From a virus: a stretch of DNA of 64,000 nucleotides. The translations under genes were made by a program, and so were the position numbers. The notes under the pieces were generated by a model, which was given only the letters and a program-made list of their open reading frames with translations, was not told where the DNA came from and ran no database searches. This document shows, in pieces, positions 30,601-40,672 of this stretch (positions are counted from its first letter, which is position 1; every line of letters begins with the position of its first letter). The stretch spans positions 22,059-86,058 of IMG/VR virus record IMGVR_UViG_3300042400_000421; one strand, given 5' to 3'.

Positions 30601-31512
30601 AAGAATGTCGTCTGTTTTTTTAATTCTCCAGCCAGTAGCAACTGTTACCTTCAAGTCTTTCTTCATATATTTGCCATAGCCAGTTGTTTGATTAAAAGCA
30701 TTCCATTGCTTATCCGTATTATCTAATTTAATATTTACGCTAGGGCTCTGTGTTCCGCCAATTGGGAGACTTGACTCATGTGTATCTCTAGACCTTGACA
30801 CTGAGTAATCAATTACTTCATCTGTAATGTCAAGTTCATATATTGGTGCAATCTCATGTATTCTTGCAACATCCGACCCATTTTTGGTAGAAATAACAGT
30901 AAAGATTATTTTGGCAGCATTATATGAGGCATTAGATGCATTTGTAGACTTTAAATAAAAATCTTTATAGTATTCATCTTCAGTAAGTGTTACTGTTTTA
31001 TCAAGCAAATCAATAAAGGTAGCACTTTGAACACGAATTCTAAATTGTTTAATTTGACCTAAGCTTTCTGATGTTACAACTCTAACCTTATTTACTTTTC
31101 TTTCATCAAATGTAATTGTCAGAACTGGAGAAGAGGCAAAAACACCATTTGCTTGACTCTTAGTTTTTGACCACCAGCCAAACTCATAATCATCTTCTAG
31201 GACTGCCGGAGTTGCATGGAATCTTCCATCAGCTTTAATGACAGTTCCATCTTTTTCTTTAGCATCGCATACAGCCCAAGTAAAAGACTCTTGCTCATAT
31301 CCATTCATTAATTGATTATTAGTAAAATAATAACCAACAGAACCTTTAGTGTTTACGGTATGGACATCAGTATTGGTAATAACAACATTTGACAAGTGCC
31401 TACTATCTAGTAAGTCAATTGTAATCTTTGGTTTTACTACCTGTGAATACCCAGAGATGGCTGAGCTGAAAAAGGTAGACAGTGTTTTACCATATATGTC
31501 ATTCTTTATCAT
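27619..31512 (-). CDS. large minor tail protein with PA14-like and LamG/ConA-like domains
   Basis: GGARVYLDD...YRLRVEFW (PA14-like); FYHIVATY...YLNG...IGG...FDEFAIYKKTLS (LamG-like). Confidence 0.8.
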   Translation of the reverse strand: MIKNDIYGKTLSTFFSSAISGYSQVVKPKITIDLLDSRHLSNVVITNTDVHTVNTKGSVGYYFTNNQLMNGYEQESFTWAVCDAKEKDGTVIKADGRFHATPAVLEDDYEFGWWSKTKSQANGVFASSPVLTITFDERKVNKVRVVTSESLGQIKQFRIRVQSATFIDLLDKTVTLTEDEYYKDFYLKSTNASNASYNAAKIIFTVISTKNGSDVARIHEIAPIYELDITDEVIDYSVSRSRDTHESSLPIGGTQSPSVNIKLDNTDKQWNAFNQTTGYGKYMKKDLKVTVATGWRIKKTDDILSHTHLAESLSNSATSMTVLDTAIFPSGGPSGSFYVTIDPDNESREIILCNTVTGTNTVSFLERGYYDSDPIAHADSAIVQFDPYEYVDMGTYYVDEWASSTSDMTVSIKASDFSKFLSEKNLTNGFLVENSTVGSGVLNLLMQANFPKSKFKQTSAYSKDGVNYGAVASYSFSENSIDKTGSIASLEPGLRARFWGMRSDKLEEYKNIKVDVLEKNLSIEEKIAGVKSFSTPDNTVLTTENPGSAVHALSYSNYTFTSILTSETFTKYFNGVVDGYYMPLNSGNQDLMLRIANGGARVYLDDLLIIDTRRDATSSADFSAYTFRGNSFLNLEAGIPYRLRVEFWHGSGDANFSIGLYRGNSSLAYTLMPSSEVRSVVARDGLGGRNSNEALGSYSIGNVALSHHQNDGFLSSNVQLAYADSITTEENNRGILLIDNGYVRIPNHSSITISEKDFSIELIAKFYDGHFTTGSGEYLSTWANSSPANGYEFYFNDDSSHGIKIKTSSGTYSATGTSELINDTFYHIVATYNTDDKKLKYYLNGSMEGQTTLVGNIVTQTGDITIGGRGASFTAGVGEVPIVTGRDFIFDEFAIYKKTLSAADVLNRYISSQVDTPQTFPFLYSGIGHIREAVDAITLGDLGRFYIDEEGYARYESYNRFFEESIDQHANVQYTINDSSDIISSDYTSQLQTNKVVVKISSVANIDSGTQPLWTAPSPTTLAVVKLTSDITLDDTLIPVSTTTDPIFSNTGYLALSKTVSSEVKTEIIKYKSKTDTSFLEVERAQFDTTALAFDADTKVREARYFQINYDKSPAIGVNQPFIIGINDENPDIINILKFEYSGYSAKLVIAASDQNDYGAIVYAQGKDPISEKEYFTSISGIPVTVVSSTEQVSEQTELLQENIRKYGLKELTIDSPYITSLEHASKIAKFIIEKMSEPVPIINVSIMAIPTIQLGDRIKIGALDAFDIIDGEYWVTSQEFSYGESISHSLVLRKVV

Positions 31513-32507
31513 TATGCCTCTTCCAATGTCAAACTACAGTCAAAATAGTATACACCATCAGATAAATCTCTTCTTAGCAGAGTTTCTGAATATGACCTCA
31601 CAAATACATTATAAGTTGTCTCTGTGTAAGGAGTTAAGCCGTTTTGATCTTGATTAATGACTTTAAGGACATGTACATCGGGGTCTTCTGAGACTGAAGA
31701 AATAAAGTCCCTTCCGTGTCTAGTATCAACTGTCTTCTCCATAAAGTTTGGCAAAAATCTCCATGACAATGAGAAAGTCTTTCTTCCCGACTCCGATGCT
31801 CTTTTATAATATCTATTTTTTCTATTATTCCAATTTCTATTTTCAATAAAAGATGGTGCTATAGAAATATCAAATTCTCTATTATGATTTGTTAATGGCT
31901 TACCATCGAGAATTAAAAATGTTCTTATAGAAGAATAATCTATAAATGAAGGACTAAATCTCACTGGGGGATTAATATTAGCTTTAGAAACTAAACGAAT
32001 TAAAGCTAAACCAAAAACAATTTCACCAGCAAGAAATGATGTAGATGTTGTAACACCGACCACTGATCTACCATTAACAGTTTTAATGGCATTAATTTGC
32101 GCCGTTGTTGTTACTGCAATATCAGTATGAGCCTTGGTGATTCTTGTCCCCGTCATCACAAGTGAAGAAACAATATCTACTGCAGAGGATGCCTTAGCAA
32201 CCTTCATTGCAGATGCTGTAACGGATGTTTCCGAATCTAAATGAATCAAACCTTGCAATATCTCGGTAGGGGTAGAAGTTTTAGATATTGATAAATCGAT
32301 TGATGAGCTTGCAAATGAAATTTTTGAACTAGAGAATGCGGATGACGATTGTATTTCTGAAGAAGATATCCCTGTTGCAATAGTAATTGCAGATGCCGTT
32401 ACTGATATTGAAAGATCATTAATAAAAGCGCTAGCAGCAAGTCCACCAACATAGAAGTCAATATCCTTAGCCTGTGGTCCTATATTAAACTTTTCATCAC
32501 CAGCCAT
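31512..32507 (-). CDS. minor tail protein (distal-tail-like C-terminal domain)
   Basis: C-terminal half is paralogous to 32507..32965; position after the tape measure. Confidence 0.6.
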   Translation of the reverse strand: MAGDEKFNIGPQAKDIDFYVGGLAASAFINDLSISVTASAITIATGISSSEIQSSSAFSSSKISFASSSIDLSISKTSTPTEILQGLIHLDSETSVTASAMKVAKASSAVDIVSSLVMTGTRITKAHTDIAVTTTAQINAIKTVNGRSVVGVTTSTSFLAGEIVFGLALIRLVSKANINPPVRFSPSFIDYSSIRTFLILDGKPLTNHNREFDISIAPSFIENRNWNNRKNRYYKRASESGRKTFSLSWRFLPNFMEKTVDTRHGRDFISSVSEDPDVHVLKVINQDQNGLTPYTETTYNVFVRSYSETLLRRDLSDGVYYFDCSLTLEEA

Positions 32508-32965
32508 TACTGCTCCTCCAACCCAAGGCTTACATCATAATAAGCACAATTAGTTTGTAAGTCTCTTCTTAGCAATCTTTCACTATATGAATTAATATAA
32601 CATGTATATGCTCTATATTCATCATTTGGATCTAGTTTGATTAATAAATAAACAAGCCCTCTTGTCTGAGCTAGAATATTCAAATAATCACGACCTTTTC
32701 TGCCATCGGCGGTTTTATCTTGGAGAGTAGGGAGATATTTAAATGACAAAGAAAATGTTCTTTTATTCTTTTGCACATATCTTTTAATACGCCCTCTTGC
32801 CAATTCAACATCAGAGCCAGATTGATTTATTTCTGATGAAAATGTTCTTCCATGTTCTGTAATCTCACACCCCTGTTTTTGCAACGCTGTAAGAGATTCA
32901 AACGGAGTTGCGCTAATCAAAACAAGATGAGTGAGCCCTGTTTGCTGGTTCTGAACAGCGACCAT
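32507..32965 (-). CDS. putative distal tail (Dit-like) protein
   Basis: Directly follows the tape measure; KRTFSLSF...SLGLEEQ. Confidence 0.6.
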   Translation of the reverse strand: MVAVQNQQTGLTHLVLISATPFESLTALQKQGCEITEHGRTFSSEINQSGSDVELARGRIKRYVQKNKRTFSLSFKYLPTLQDKTADGRKGRDYLNILAQTRGLVYLLIKLDPNDEYRAYTCYINSYSERLLRRDLQTNCAYYDVSLGLEEQ

Positions 32966-35900
32966 TAAAGACCTCTGTTCAAGCCGCTGTATGTAGAGAT
33001 TGTTCTACTTTGCAATCCGGCATTCTTTTGATTTTGTGGTCCAACATTAATATTGTAATTTTTCATCATAGATTCAAACCATTGCTTTTCACCAATGAAG
33101 TTATCAACATAAATATGAACGGTTGATGATGATGTTGTCTGAGGCTGTACAGGTCCGTTATATGATGGAGTTTTAGGAGTGTTAAATCTCATGTCATTCA
33201 TTGCCTGAAGAGCAGTGATGCCAATATTCTTAACTGCGTTAGAGTTAATTACATAATTTCCACCGTGAAGCATTGCAGGGAGTCCGGGAACTGCGCCACC
33301 AATTTTATATTCGGGGATTATACCACCGTTTTTAAACGGCTTTGGCTGATATGTCCCTTGGTTGATATTCTGAAGCATCCCCCAACCGTATTTCTTAACG
33401 GCTGAATTTCTTACAACATATTCACCACCATGGAGGATGGCAGGAATTCCTTGTTGAATTGGACCAGTGGTTGCTCCACCGTCACCATAAGGAATGGGAC
33501 CACCCATTTCACGAAGTTTGTATCCGTTATATCCTTCCGATCTAGAGCCTTTTGTATACAAATTTCTAATAATTGTTAATGATGTTTTATTGGCAGTATT
33601 TGAAAGTGTTGGGTATTTCTTAACAAAGTTTTCAAACACCACTAGCGCATTTTCATTTGCTTTATTATTTTTAAGCATGGTAAATGCAGTTGCGAGGTTG
33701 TTAACAATAAACTGTCCATTTGCACCACGGTAATTACTCATCATTACCTGAGCCATTCCTCTAGGAGTTACAATTCCACCTTTACCAACTTGCACAAGAC
33801 CTGTTTCTGTTCCAGTGCCTCCACCAGTGCCTCCACCAGTGCCATCGCCAGTGCCTCCACCTTTTCCACCACCAGTGCCTCCACCAGAGGATTCTCCTTC
33901 ATTCTTTGCAACAAGTTCTTTGTAGTCTGCGTAAATCTTGAATAGTTCTGCAAACTTAGTTGAAGACTCTCCAACGGCTGTGTTTAAAGTATCTGTAAGA
34001 CCGATGTACTTTTGCTTCATCCCTTCAATTGAGGCATCAATGGTTGTTTGCCACACACCATTCTCACCAAAAGGATTATTCTTAGCAATAGTGTCAGCTA
34101 TTGATGCAAGACTCGTAGTCAATGGGCCTTGAGCGTCTACTCCAAGTGCTCCAAGTGCACCTGTAAATGTTCCAGCAAAACTACCGCCAGCAGATGTTCC
34201 ATATTCATTTGCAGCAGTCTTTAATTTTTCTAGCTGTTCATTAAATTTATCAGCAGTTGTTGGAGGGAATTCAGTAATCTTCTTTGCCGCGTCTGTAAAG
34301 TTCTTGATCATGTCATCAAAATACTTAGTTGCAATTTCTTTTGCATTCTTGATTGAATCAACCAAATCTGCTTTTCTTTGGTCTGCTAATTCTTGATTTC
34401 TTGAAACTTCAAGATCTGCTATTTCTTTCTGAGAATCTACTTCAGACTTTCTTCCTTCAAGTGAAATTTGTCTTGCATCGTCAATACGACCTTCATAAAT
34501 TGCAAGTTGATAGTTGCGCTGAGAGTTGAGTTGGTTAAGAGCTCTCTTCTCTTCCATCTCTCTTTTCTTATTTTCATATTCTTTTGTCTTAGTAAGTCTT
34601 TCTTCAGCCTTGGCAACCGTTTCAATTTTTGTAATTTGATCGTCATAAAGCTTAAGAGATGCTTCTTTTTGTGTTTTAAGACCTTCAGTAAGAGCAGTTA
34701 CTGTGTCTGACATTATTGTTTTAATGCGGTCTTGGATATCGTTCTGCAACTCTTCCTTTAAAGATTTCGAGTAACTTGCCATCCTCTTGGCAAGAGCTTT
34801 ACCACCCTTATCTGCACCTTCCTCAATGCCAGTACCAATATCATTAGCAATCTTTTCTTGCATTGATTTTGTATTGGGGACAGGGACTACTGGAGTAACC
34901 TTGACAGTTGCCTTAACAGACTTCATGCTTCGTGCTTTGTCAATATATTCTGCAGTTGCGTCTAATGCCTGCGCAGCCTTTTTAAATACTCCTCCAACAA
35001 ATGGGAGTTTGCCCATAGCCCCAATAACTTTGGAAATCATTTTTAATATTCCGGAGAACAGACCACCAAATGGTCCCATTAATCCAACAACAGTTTTTCC
35101 AATTCCATCAGCAATTTGACTGAAACCTTTAGCAAAATCTCCTTTAAATAGATTAATAATTCCAGAAACAAAAGATATTACACCACGGATAACTGCAAGC
35201 AATGGCTTAAGAGCCTGACCAACTCCACCACCTATTACATTTTTAAATAACCAGCCAATAAGTTTAGCAATAAACTTAATAACATCTGCAAGAATATTAA
35301 ATGCGGTAGCAATGACTTGAACGACCATACTGCTACTGCTGGCACCGCCTGTTAGTTCTCCAAAGAAGTCAATGATTGGTTGAATTGCACCCTTAACACC
35401 GTCAACAATAAGACCCCATGCCTCTTGGAATGCTTTAATGCCAGGAGCGATTGCTTGTTTAAATTCTTTCCAGTTTTTTACAAGAATAATTATGATTGCA
35501 ATAACAGCAGCAATAACAGCACCTACACCCGTGAACATTAAGAATCCACTACCCATGCTCGCAATAGCAGGGATTATTCCCATAATTGTTGAGCCAAGAC
35601 TTGCAAACATTGGGCCAATTTTTGCGAGAAGGGACATTGGATTTTTAAGAGCAGTCATAAAGCTTGGTCCAACCTTTGCCAACGCTGACCCCATGTCTTT
35701 GATGCCAGTAACTGGGTTCTTGGCAAAACTTGCAACGCCCTCTACTGCCCTAAATGTAGTTGCACCACCAAGGAATTTTGATCCAACTGCTTTTGTTGAG
35801 TCATAGGCTTTAGGAACAAAGTCTTTAACTTTGTCAGCAGCTAAACCAACATTTAACTTAGTTGTCGCTAGTCTGCCCTTAAATCCACCACCCATAATTG

Positions 35901-38900
35901 TGTCAACTGTGCTTTCATCAATTTTTTTACCTTTGAAGAATCTTTCCTTTATGAGTGTTCCTGTGCCAACACCACCAAGTTTTGTTGTTATACCCTTTGC
36001 TTCAAGTTCAAGTTTACGCATTGTTGCAACATGCTTACGCATTGCATTTTCTTCAGCGAGCAAAACAAGAACTTGCTTGTCTCTATTGAGAACCATTGCA
36101 TAGAATTTTTCTAATGCAATTTTATTTGAATCAGTTAAATCGGCTCTAAGCAGTGCAATCCTGTCTGCATTAAATTTTTTAAGGCGAGCAAGTCCTCTTG
36201 CATTTTCCAATGATTCAACTCTTGCTGAGACAGCAGCAGCCTCTAAAGCTGCTTGTGCTTGTATTTTTCTCCAGTTAAGAATTCTTCCACCGACTTTTGT
36301 GCCATCGGCTGCAGTTGAACCTGCAGGATAACGATACATTCCAGTAGGGCTAACGCTGGGTTTGAAAGCAGGTGTGCTTGCAGGAAGCATTCCTGCAGCA
36401 AGTTTTTCAGAGTAAGACATTGCTCCTCCACTTGCTAATGGAATTGGTCTACCCCCAAGAAGTCTTTCAATTGTTCTCTTGTATCTATCAGCATAAGCCG
36501 CTGCTGCTTTTTTAGCGACATCTGCCTCATGAGCAATTCTGTCTGCATCTGGTAAACTTAATTCAGCAGCAGTAAGTTTTCTTGGGACTGGCATGATAGG
36601 CATGTCAGGCATTCCTCCAGCAGTTTTAGCAGAAAACATTCCTTTAAACCCTTTTGCTGGAGAACTACCATCTCCTGTGCGACTAAACATTCCAGAAGAC
36701 ATGAGATCTGCTGTCATAGCAGCCTCTCTTGAAGAATTTAATTCAAGGACTGATTTTGATAATGCGATATTTGCAGTTGTTTGTTTCTGAAGAACGCCAG
36801 TTACTAAACCAATCTTCTCAGCAAACTTAGCTATTGGGCCGCCACCGCTAGCCATCTGTGAAATGAACGTTGCAAACTTACCACTTGTATTTACAACAGT
36901 ATCGCCCATAACAGTAAGAGGCTTAGTTAAATTAAGCATCTTTGTATTTGCAGCGACCATTTCAACTGTCATTGTTTTTAGACCCGGCAAGAATCCAAAT
37001 ACAACTTTTGCAACGCTTCCAATTGCCAGCCTTACTTGACCAAATGCAAAAATTAATGGTCCAATCGCAGCAGTTGCAATCCCAATCCCAACAACTAGTT
37101 TTGCTATAAATTCTTGAGTTGCAGGGGTAAGCCTTTTCCATGCATCATAAAGGTTTGATGCAACTTCTGCAATCTTTTCAATTCCTGGTCTAACAATTTT
37201 AAGGATATCAGTAGCAAAACCCTTAAATGTGTTCTTAACCCTTTGAATGGTTACGTCTAACGAAGCTAGCGCTGTTTCTAATTCTCGGTCAGCAACTTCT
37301 TGAGCGTTTTTAACACCAGCAAGTTCAACATACATCGCTTTACCCGCTTCAGTTGCTGTTTGTCCAATTAAGTCAATGCCTTCTTTTTGTGAAACATTTT
37401 TAATACCTTCTGCAACGGCATCTCTTACTTTGATAGCCTCGTCAATTTGCGATTGCGTTACGCTCGCAGAAAAACCTTCAACTGCTTTGCCCGCTTGTGC
37501 GGTTGCAATTCTTGCGATAATCGCAATATCTTTGTATGATTTAATTAATGGTAATTGAGCATTCTTTGTTGCATTGGCACTAGTAATAGCATTATTAGCA
37601 AAACCTTGAAGTCTTGCATCAGCAGAATTAATTGATTTGTTGGTATCTTTAAGAATAGAGTCAAACTCAGCAAGTTGCTGGATTGGAAGCAACATTCTTG
37701 TTCCCTGTCTTTTACCAAAGACTTGAGAGAAGAATTGAAGAATACCTTCATTGCCAGGACCACCAGCTTTACTAAGAGCACCATACGCATCAATTAAAGC
37801 TTGAATGGCATCTAAGCCAGTTCCTCTTACTAATTTAAAGTGATCTCCATACTTTTCTGTAAGGCTTGCAAACATTTTTTCTGTCTTTACAGTTGGATTT
37901 ATTAGACTCTGCAAAGAGAACTTAATACCATTAGCAGAAGCACCAACTTCAAGACCAGCAGCTTTCATAGGGGCAAGAAGACTTGCTGCTTCAGTCATTG
38001 ACAAACCGAAAGTTGTTGCAGCAGATGCAACTTCAGGGAATGCTTTAGCAATGTCTTTCATGCTTAAGGCTGTTTGGTTTTCAATAATGTTGAAAAGATT
38101 TAATTGGGCGGTAGCTGCAGCAATCGCCCTTGTTTCAAATTGTTCAGCAGTTAATCCTTTTGACTCACCGCTCTGCTCCATCGCTCTTCTCGCTTGGAAA
38201 TATAAACTCTGGACAAGATCTTGCGCAGCTCCAATATCCATACTACCAAGTTTTTCAGTCTTAGCAGTTAGCTCAGTTATCTTGGCAATACTTTCTGCAG
38301 TTTGAATACCTAATTCAGCAAAGTCTGCAGCAAGACCAACGGTGAGGCTTTTTGCTATACCGAATCGATTACTTGTTGCTGAGAGTGATTTATCAAGTTG
38401 ATTAAATTTATCAACCATTGTATTTAACTGTTCATTCTGAGCCTTTGTTCCTGCCCCCAGAACGCCCATCTTGCGAGCAGCAGCATCAAGATTTGGAGCA
38501 ACACCTTCAAGAATTTTATTTAAACGAACAAACTCTTTATCAACAGCGACAACCGCTTGCAGACCATAACGACCAAAAGCCATAATTGGTGTTGTAAGAC
38601 CAATGATAAGACTTCTACCAACGAATTGTGCGTCTTTACCTAAACGCTTTTGTTCTTGTGAAACAGATTTTAAATCCTCAACTAAAGCACCGAGCTTAAC
38701 GCTCTTGATTGCTTTTTGATAATTTTGCATATCTTTGATTCCGGCCCGTGAAAAAGCCGCAGAATGCCCGCTAGCAAGGCTGAACTCTTTGCCAAGCCCA
38801 GCAATCTCTTTTTTAACTCTTCCCATTTCATTGGAAAGCACGACCTGATTACGAGTTAACTGAGAAAGTGTTTTAGCATGGCTTTTAAGTGATGAGTCAG

Positions 38901-39066
38901 CAGAACCGACTGCTTGTGACAATGCTCGACTTCTTGCGTCAAGATTTTTCATTGGATTAGATACGCTGTTAATCGCACGATTAAGTTGCGTCATTGCATT
39001 ACTAAGTTTGTAGACTTCCTCTACACCCGTAGTGGCAATTCCTAATACAATATCTACATCACTCAT
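32965..39066 (-). CDS. tail tape measure protein
   Basis: 2033 aa, Ala/Gly-rich helical, hydrophobic central segments, duplicated C-terminal LHGGxYV motifs, follows the tail chaperone. Confidence 0.95.
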   Translation of the reverse strand: MSDVDIVLGIATTGVEEVYKLSNAMTQLNRAINSVSNPMKNLDARSRALSQAVGSADSSLKSHAKTLSQLTRNQVVLSNEMGRVKKEIAGLGKEFSLASGHSAAFSRAGIKDMQNYQKAIKSVKLGALVEDLKSVSQEQKRLGKDAQFVGRSLIIGLTTPIMAFGRYGLQAVVAVDKEFVRLNKILEGVAPNLDAAARKMGVLGAGTKAQNEQLNTMVDKFNQLDKSLSATSNRFGIAKSLTVGLAADFAELGIQTAESIAKITELTAKTEKLGSMDIGAAQDLVQSLYFQARRAMEQSGESKGLTAEQFETRAIAAATAQLNLFNIIENQTALSMKDIAKAFPEVASAATTFGLSMTEAASLLAPMKAAGLEVGASANGIKFSLQSLINPTVKTEKMFASLTEKYGDHFKLVRGTGLDAIQALIDAYGALSKAGGPGNEGILQFFSQVFGKRQGTRMLLPIQQLAEFDSILKDTNKSINSADARLQGFANNAITSANATKNAQLPLIKSYKDIAIIARIATAQAGKAVEGFSASVTQSQIDEAIKVRDAVAEGIKNVSQKEGIDLIGQTATEAGKAMYVELAGVKNAQEVADRELETALASLDVTIQRVKNTFKGFATDILKIVRPGIEKIAEVASNLYDAWKRLTPATQEFIAKLVVGIGIATAAIGPLIFAFGQVRLAIGSVAKVVFGFLPGLKTMTVEMVAANTKMLNLTKPLTVMGDTVVNTSGKFATFISQMASGGGPIAKFAEKIGLVTGVLQKQTTANIALSKSVLELNSSREAAMTADLMSSGMFSRTGDGSSPAKGFKGMFSAKTAGGMPDMPIMPVPRKLTAAELSLPDADRIAHEADVAKKAAAAYADRYKRTIERLLGGRPIPLASGGAMSYSEKLAAGMLPASTPAFKPSVSPTGMYRYPAGSTAADGTKVGGRILNWRKIQAQAALEAAAVSARVESLENARGLARLKKFNADRIALLRADLTDSNKIALEKFYAMVLNRDKQVLVLLAEENAMRKHVATMRKLELEAKGITTKLGGVGTGTLIKERFFKGKKIDESTVDTIMGGGFKGRLATTKLNVGLAADKVKDFVPKAYDSTKAVGSKFLGGATTFRAVEGVASFAKNPVTGIKDMGSALAKVGPSFMTALKNPMSLLAKIGPMFASLGSTIMGIIPAIASMGSGFLMFTGVGAVIAAVIAIIIILVKNWKEFKQAIAPGIKAFQEAWGLIVDGVKGAIQPIIDFFGELTGGASSSSMVVQVIATAFNILADVIKFIAKLIGWLFKNVIGGGVGQALKPLLAVIRGVISFVSGIINLFKGDFAKGFSQIADGIGKTVVGLMGPFGGLFSGILKMISKVIGAMGKLPFVGGVFKKAAQALDATAEYIDKARSMKSVKATVKVTPVVPVPNTKSMQEKIANDIGTGIEEGADKGGKALAKRMASYSKSLKEELQNDIQDRIKTIMSDTVTALTEGLKTQKEASLKLYDDQITKIETVAKAEERLTKTKEYENKKREMEEKRALNQLNSQRNYQLAIYEGRIDDARQISLEGRKSEVDSQKEIADLEVSRNQELADQRKADLVDSIKNAKEIATKYFDDMIKNFTDAAKKITEFPPTTADKFNEQLEKLKTAANEYGTSAGGSFAGTFTGALGALGVDAQGPLTTSLASIADTIAKNNPFGENGVWQTTIDASIEGMKQKYIGLTDTLNTAVGESSTKFAELFKIYADYKELVAKNEGESSGGGTGGGKGGGTGDGTGGGTGGGTGTETGLVQVGKGGIVTPRGMAQVMMSNYRGANGQFIVNNLATAFTMLKNNKANENALVVFENFVKKYPTLSNTANKTSLTIIRNLYTKGSRSEGYNGYKLREMGGPIPYGDGGATTGPIQQGIPAILHGGEYVVRNSAVKKYGWGMLQNINQGTYQPKPFKNGGIIPEYKIGGAVPGLPAMLHGGNYVINSNAVKNIGITALQAMNDMRFNTPKTPSYNGPVQPQTTSSSTVHIYVDNFIGEKQWFESMMKNYNINVGPQNQKNAGLQSRTISTYSGLNRGL

Positions 39067-39114
39067 TAATTAGCACCTCTTAAATTATCCCATTTTAATC
39101 TGCAAAACGCAATG

Positions 39115-39761
39115 TTATTCTTCAATAGTTTCAAATCCGAGAGATATTGGAAGTGATCCATAGTTAGAACTGTTAATGTATGGAGCTTCTTCTTCCGGCA
39201 TAGGGTCGTACCAATCATCACTAAAGTCAACCTCACCACCAAAAGCAACTGCTGACGCTTTAATTGACTTTGTATATTCATTTCCACATGCCCGATACAA
39301 AAGGAACAACTCATGCAAAAGCAATGAGTCTTCCAGTTCTTCTAGGCTTTTCCAAGCACCGATTTGTACGAATATTTCTGATTCGTATTTAAGCAGGGGG
39401 AGGTCATCCCAAGCGATTGGTTCGCCTGTGCCTCCAGACTCCCCCTCTATTGGTTTGGGTCGCCACCCATAGCAACCAACATGAGCTCTTGGAAAGAGCG
39501 TAAGTCAAGTGCGTCTTCCAATGCTTCATCATCAGCAGCAAGTTCTGGGTCTACCTTTTTAAGAGCAATCTTTGCCGCAGCAACCATCTTATCAATGTCC
39601 TCATCCGAGAGTGAACCTTCGTCAGTTGACTTCATATCATTGGCAACCTTCATAAATTCTCTAAGCGAGCGAATTGTAAGAGGCTTGATAGATCTCGTTT
39701 TTCCGTCTGCAAATACAATATCTGTACCCTTATGCATATCGACATTCTTATTATTAGCCAT
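39115..39761 (-). CDS. tail assembly chaperone, long form via -1 frameshift (about 215 aa)
   Basis: Slippery C-CCA-AAC at 39459..39453; the -1 frame is open to the stop at 39115 (PIEGESGG...FETIEE). Confidence 0.82.
39447..39761 (-). CDS. tail assembly chaperone, short form (104 aa)
   Basis: Start MANNKN; IKPLTIRSLREF; lies between the major tail protein and tape measure. Confidence 0.85.
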   Translation of the reverse strand: MANNKNVDMHKGTDIVFADGKTRSIKPLTIRSLREFMKVANDMKSTDEGSLSDEDIDKMVAAAKIALKKVDPELAADDEALEDALDLRSFQELMLVAMGGDPNQ

Positions 39762-39795
39762 TTTGTAATTTCCTACCTTTGCGTGTATACAGAGA

Positions 39796-39832
39796 AATCC
39801 TCTGTGCAGTATATAATACCACACAGAGGATT
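39796..39832. promoter_or_regulatory. 11-bp perfect inverted repeat enclosing an extended -10 element
   Basis: aatcctctgtg / cacagaggatt flank ataatacca (minus strand TGGTATTAT). Confidence 0.55.
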
Positions 39833-39861
39833 GCCCAAGTACTAATTTTAAATGTTATTTA

Positions 39862-40461
39862 TTAAGCTGGCTTCTGGTCAATAATCTTGCCGTACTCGTA
39901 TCCAGTATCATCAGATGCTGGGAGAACACGGAATGAAACTGCGAAGACTGTTGCCTCTGCTCGCTTCATGCTGATTGTTGAAGATTCCATCGAAATAGCT
40001 CTCTTTGTTCTAAACTTACGGGTATAAGTCGTTGAAGCGGTTGAGTTTGGCGCATTTCCTTCAATCTGAACTGCTTTTTCGAATGGGTAAACATTCTGAC
40101 CACCAAACTTGAATGTTGTGGTGTTTGTACCGTCAAGGTTGTTAACAATATCAGAAGCTGCTGAGTCAGAGTTTGCAACTGTTGAGTTGTAACTCCATGC
40201 TACAGCAAGGTTCTCCAATGTGCCTTCAGCCATAGTCGTCTTGACCATAACCTTAACCTTCGACTGGATGACTTTTGCAGCGTCACCGAACTGGTCAACC
40301 TCAATGTCAACCATATCTGGTTGCCATGAAATTTCTACTCCACCTTGCGTGTATCCCACATGGCGGAGGGCATCGAAATCGGATCCAGTCATTGTCAAGT
40401 TGGATGTTCCAACTCTTACGACTGCTTCACCTACGACTATATTTGCGGCTGTTGTTGCCAT
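39862..40461 (-). CDS. major tail tube protein
   Basis: VGYTQGGVEISWQPD..DIEVDQ...TTMAEGTLENL; strong SD ggagga. Confidence 0.88.
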   Translation of the reverse strand: MATTAANIVVGEAVVRVGTSNLTMTGSDFDALRHVGYTQGGVEISWQPDMVDIEVDQFGDAAKVIQSKVKVMVKTTMAEGTLENLAVAWSYNSTVANSDSAASDIVNNLDGTNTTTFKFGGQNVYPFEKAVQIEGNAPNSTASTTYTRKFRTKRAISMESSTISMKRAEATVFAVSFRVLPASDDTGYEYGKIIDQKPA

Positions 40462-40477
40462 TTTAGATTCCTCCTAA

Positions 40478-40672
40478 TTATTCGAGAAAAAAGATTTTCT
40501 TTCCTCTTTTGTCACGCCATTTAGCGATCTTTTGTACATGATCTGGGCTAACTTCTTCTTTTTTATTACCAATTCCCAAGCCTTTTTGCCATTCAAACTC
40601 GTAAGATTTAGCGCCCATTTTAACGGTATACCCTTCGGCCTTACCAATGTATGTAATAGTAGTATACTTCAT
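40478..40672 (-). CDS. hypothetical protein
   Basis: ORF with an upstream TGGTATGCT -10 element. Confidence 0.6.
   Translation of the reverse strand: MKYTTITYIGKAEGYTVKMGAKSYEFEWQKGLGIGNKKEEVSPDHVQKIAKWRDKRGKKIFFLE

Noticed and set aside
33812-33890. Tandem ccagtgcctcca repeats
   Set aside because: They encode an in-frame GGGT linker in the tape measure protein; there are no spacers.
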